From: Exilispira sp.
GTDB taxonomy: Bacteria > Spirochaetota > JAAYUW01
Assembly (NCBI GenBank): GCA_035385485.1
Contig: DAOOKC010000004.1
Location: 1 to 41,227, forward strand
Length of the DNA stretch: 41,227 nucleotides
Direction of reading: 5' to 3'
Position numbers and translations under genes: made by a program
Shown: positions 38,252 to 41,227 of the stretch, piece after piece
Layout of the letters: each line of letters opens with the position of its first letter
Numbering within the stretch: the stretch's first letter is position 1
The notes under the pieces: generated by a model
The model's database searches: none
Told to the model about the DNA's origin: nothing
What the model saw: the letters and a program-made list of their open reading frames with translations, nothing else

Positions 38252-38350
38252 GAAATTGAAAATAATAAAATATTAAAAAAATATTAAAAAAATATACTTA
38301 AATATAAGTAGCATTAAACTAAAAAAATTAAAAAATATAATTAAAAAAGA

Positions 38351-38381
38351 AAAAAGGGGTAATAAAGTATTACCCCTTTTT
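38351..38381. terminator. bidirectional rho-independent terminator between kce and hsp20
   Basis: A perfect 9-bp stem GGGGTAATA/TATTACCCC (38356-38364 / 38368-38376) encloses a 3-nt loop. It is flanked by an A-run upstream and a T-run downstream. Confidence 0.75.
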
Positions 38382-38443
38382 AATTAGTCTTGCTTAGTCT
38401 TGCTAATTATTAATAAGTATAAACTTTAAGTAGCAAGCATAGC

Positions 38444-38881
38444 TTATTCAACTTTAATTTCAATTTGATTTGTTTTTTCTGGTTCTTTTTTGGGCAATGT
38501 CAAGGTAAGTACTCCATTTTCAAATTTTGCACTTATATTTGATACATCAACATTTTCTGGGATGCTTATACTTCTAGTGCAGCTTTTAGAAACTCTTTCT
38601 TTTTTGTGATATTTTTTAGTCTGTTTTTCTTCCTCTTTTTCATTGGAAGCAGAAATTGTAAGAATATCTTTGTCGATTTTTACAGAAATCTGATCTTTTG
38701 TAAAACCTGGCAAATCTGCTTCAATAAAATAATTTTTATCATCTTCTGAAATGTCTAATGGAGCATATTTTGATGAACCAGAATATTTAAATAATGGATA
38801 AAACCATAAATCATCTAATTCTTTTTCTATAAGTTCAAAAGGATCAAAATTCTTAAAAATAGATAATTCATTTCTTGCCAT
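38444..38881 (-). CDS. Hsp20/alpha-crystallin-family small heat shock protein
   Basis: The alpha-crystallin domain shows (PLDISEDDKNYFIEADLPGFTKDQISVKID.DILTISA...FENGVLTLTLPK). An AAAGGGGG SD precedes it. Confidence 0.9.
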   Translation of the reverse strand: MARNELSIFKNFDPFELIEKELDDLWFYPLFKYSGSSKYAPLDISEDDKNYFIEADLPGFTKDQISVKIDKDILTISASNEKEEEKQTKKYHKKERVSKSCTRSISIPENVDVSNISAKFENGVLTLTLPKKEPEKTNQIEIKVE

Positions 38882-38922
38882 AGTTAACCCCCTTTTTTAT
38901 TTTTTTATTTTCAATAAAATAA

Positions 38923-38939
38923 TTGCAAGTTTTGTGCCA
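38923..38939 (-). promoter_or_regulatory. sigma-54-type -24/-12 promoter upstream of hsp20
   Basis: The minus strand reads TGGCAC-AAAAC-TTGCA. This matches the consensus TGGCAC-N5-TTGC(A/T) with correct spacing, and the -12 element lies about 45 nt upstream of the ATG. Confidence 0.6.
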
Positions 38940-39361
38940 AAAATAAAATTTTTAAATTAAATAATATAAATTAAGTAAAAATAAGAGAGATAAAATAAGA
39001 AAAATATTGGCTTAATTAAAAATAAAAAATAAACAAAATAAATTTAATTATATTAAAGAACTAAGATTAGATGAGTATAATAGAAGATTGATATAAGTTA
39101 AAATTAAAAATGTTTAGTATTAATCCATTAGCCTTGGAAAGGGTATTAATAAAGTATTTATATTTTATATGTATATATTTTATACAGTAGTATAATTTTA
39201 ACACATTTTCTATATTAAATATAATATCAATATTCCTCAATCCTGAAATACTAAAAATTTGGTTTAGAAAAGTGCAAAAAAGTTGAATAAAAACACCTAT
39301 AAAAATAAATTTATTTAATTTTATACGAAAAATTAGTTATTATTTACTCTTATTTTATTAA

Positions 39362-40091
39362 AAATTACTTTTCCTCAATGATTCATCTACACCTCTTACC
39401 ATGCATAATTGAAAAACATTTATTATTGATGTTACTTGAGAAAATAATATTGCTCTATGTTCGATAGTAGAAAAATCCAAAGCCAAAACATGCATTCCAC
39501 CAGGACAGAAGTATGTTAAACCAGTTTTTGTCTGCTGCCGATACCCATGCTTTTAACTCTCTAGAACTTGATGTAAACTTCGCAGCAATATCAAAAAACA
39601 TAAATTTCAAGTCTTATTTCATCCTTTAACTGCATTATATCTTGCTCTTCTATCCCTCTTTGCCGGTATATCTTAAATATGTCATAAGCACAAATATTCT
39701 TATCAAGGTTTGCAAGCTTATATCCTTTTCTAACAAATAATTCATTATCGGGTTGTATTTTAACTTCTATACATCTAAATGGTTTTGTTCTGCTTAGAGT
39801 ATGAATTGTTTAAAAAATATATATATTTTGATTCTCTTCTAAAAAGCTTTTGCATTCAGTTACATTCTCAAAAAGTTTTTCCATATCAGCAGGTATCTGT
39901 TCAATCCTATTTGCTCCATCCATTAAAGCTAATATAGAAAATGTTAAAAGAGCTTTCTGTTCTAAATTATCCTTTATTCTTATAGCTTTTGCACTTTTCC
40001 TTAAGGCTTCTATAAACCCGCTTTTCATCATAAATGCTGCCACCCCATGCATTATGCGTGAAGAATCAACATTTAAATTTTCTTTATTCAT
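39362..40091 (-). pseudogene. degenerate DDE transposase remnant (IS4/IS1380-like), internally deleted and frameshifted
   Basis: The 93-aa ORF (39810-40091) looks like a transposase N-terminus (..HGVAAFMMKSGFIEAL...LALMDGANRIEQI). Downstream frames, none with a start, encode ...LANLDKNICAYDIFKIYRQRGIEEQDIMQLKDE, which resembles the Y-x2-R-W-x-IE-x2-F-x2-LK C-terminal motif. After a frame change they encode ...GGMHVLALDFSTIEHRAILFSQV... Confidence 0.45.
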
Positions 40092-40209
40092 AACCTATTC
40101 CAACTTTTTTGCACTATTTATTTCAAATTTAAAGAATATATAATTATATTGCACAATTAAACATTAGTGGTAAATATTTGATAAGAAAGTATTGGATGGA
40201 GGTTTTCCC

Positions 40210-41227
40210 ATGACCGTCAATATCAATCCTGCTATGTTCCATATTGGTCCATTTGAAATACGCTGGTATGGATTTATGTATGTATTGGGGCTGGTCATTG
40301 CCCTTATATATCTTTCAAAAAGGTATAAGATGAAAGATTTTGTTGAATCTGTAAATCCACCAATTGATTTTGAATGGGAAGTGATTTTATGGGTTGCTAT
40401 AGGTATACTTGTTGGTGCAAGACTATTTTTTGTTTTAATTTATGATCCTGTTTCAATATTTACTCCCGATTCTGGTAAAAAAGGTATTGCAGCTATAATT
40501 AATATTTTATGGCATATAATAAATATTAGAAGCGGTGGGCTTTCATTTCATGGTGGTTTGGTTGGTGTTTTAGTTGCTACAGCTTTACTTATTAGATATA
40601 GGTATTTAAACTTTTATAAAGTAGCAGATGCATCTGTTGTCATAGCTCCTTTAGGTTTATTCTTTGGAAGATTAGGTAATTTTATAAATGGAGAATTATG
40701 GGGTAGACCTACCAATCTTCCATGGGCGATGATTTTCCCTAATTCAGATTTACCCGACAAACTTGTTCCAAGACATCCTTCTCAACTGTATGAAGCTCTA
40801 TTTGAAGGATTAATTTTATTTTTAATATTATTTTTCCTTGAAAAGGCAAATAGAAAAAATAAAAAATTAAAAACTGGTTTTATTTTCTGGCTCTTCATCT
40901 TTGGGTACGGGTTTTTCAGATTCTTTATAGAATATACAAGGGAACCTGACAAATATGCGGGATGGCTTATTAAAAATGGTTTTGTTCTTGGTGGTTTAAC
41001 TATGGGGCAGATATTGTGTCTTATAATGGTGTTAATTTCTGCACCAATGTTATATCTTGCACAAAAAAAAGATTATTTTGAAGTAAGATATTCAAAATTT
41101 TTGGAAAGACACAAAGATGAAATTGAAAAAAGAAAAGAAAAAGAAAAAGAACTTATGAAGATTGAAGAGGAAAAGAGAAAGGAAAAAGAAAAAGAAAGAA
41201 TAAAGAAGATGGTTGAACAGCAAAAGA
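40210..41227 (+). CDS. lgt: prolipoprotein diacylglyceryl transferase with charged C-terminal extension (3' end outside the window)
   Basis: An ATG at 40210 follows a GGATGGAGG SD. Lgt blocks are IRWYGFMYVLG, GGLSFHGGLVG, GRLGNFINGELWGRPT and RHPSQLYEALFEG. It is absent from the track because no stop lies in the window. Confidence 0.9.
   Translation, partial: MTVNINPAMFHIGPFEIRWYGFMYVLGLVIALIYLSKRYKMKDFVESVNPPIDFEWEVILWVAIGILVGARLFFVLIYDPVSIFTPDSGKKGIAAIINILWHIINIRSGGLSFHGGLVGVLVATALLIRYRYLNFYKVADASVVIAPLGLFFGRLGNFINGELWGRPTNLPWAMIFPNSDLPDKLVPRHPSQLYEALFEGLILFLILFFLEKANRKNKKLKTGFIFWLFIFGYGFFRFFIEYTREPDKYAGWLIKNGFVLGGLTMGQILCLIMVLISAPMLYLAQKKDYFEVRYSKFLERHKDEIEKRKEKEKELMKIEEEKRKEKEKERIKKMVEQQK

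Noticed and set aside
1134-40143. Short antisense or overlapping ORFs in the track: 1134-1337, 1543-1776, 3574-3771, 7010-7249, 10118-10330, 16586-16783, 17183-17446, 17789-17980, 22448-22648, 23188-23385, 24247-24435, 28871-29053, 29764-29964, 30613-30876, 33272-33457, 34010-34357, 37885-38079 and 39850-40143.
   Set aside because: Each lies inside, and antisense or out of frame to, a longer ORF with clear family motifs. Their translations are low-complexity or motif-free. They are shadow ORFs.
1-41227. Possibility of an alternative genetic code (TGA read as Trp), given the extreme AT content.
   Set aside because: Conserved proteins (KamD, Kce, GroES, TyrS, Lgt and others) translate full-length with the standard code. 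They use TGG for Trp and end at TAA, TAG or TGA where family lengths predict.

Overview
Very AT-rich, densely packed chromosomal segment. The organism is probably an anaerobic diderm bacterium, because the window encodes a TonB-dependent receptor, TonB, Lgt and several lipoproteins. I cannot assign a taxon. All homology calls were made by eye from motifs; no searches were run.

Layout:
1. 915-4028 (-): FAD oxidoreductase trio ending in a DUF1667 protein.
2. 7873-9718 (-): GAF-HD-GYP c-di-GMP phosphodiesterase followed 4 nt later by a ComFB-like protein.
3. 9836-12983 (+): radC, pyrF, comEC.
4. 12978-18702 (-): kamD, a 228-nt repeat-filled spacer, kamE (B12-dependent lysine 5,6-aminomutase), a class V aminotransferase, a CheC-like/receiver-like/PilZ protein, then a decayed tandem PilZ paralog.
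5. 18804-21021 (+): a histidine-kinase-like protein with a degenerate ATPase domain, plus a membrane-anchored partner.
6. 21300-25553 (+): cobalamin riboswitch, beta-propeller-like lipoprotein, TonB, BtuB-like receptor.
7. 25632-35968: glgB, solitary groES, comM/yifB, cca, a phosphohexomutase, buk, tyrS.
8. 36075-38251 (+): small ferredoxin (absent from the ORF track), HD protein, kal, kce. These supply further steps of lysine fermentation.
9. 38351-41227: bidirectional terminator, hsp20 behind a textbook sigma-54 -24/-12 element, a frameshifted transposase remnant, and lgt with a charged tail running off the window.

I saw no rRNA, tRNA, CRISPR array, prophage or recognisable defence island.

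Best candidates for something undescribed:
- The CheC-REC-PilZ fusion wired into the lysine aminomutase operon.
- The aminotransferase sitting where the pathway dehydrogenase would be expected.
- The HD-GYP/ComFB pair.
- The riboswitch-controlled lipoprotein that may be a new cobalamin-capture protein.
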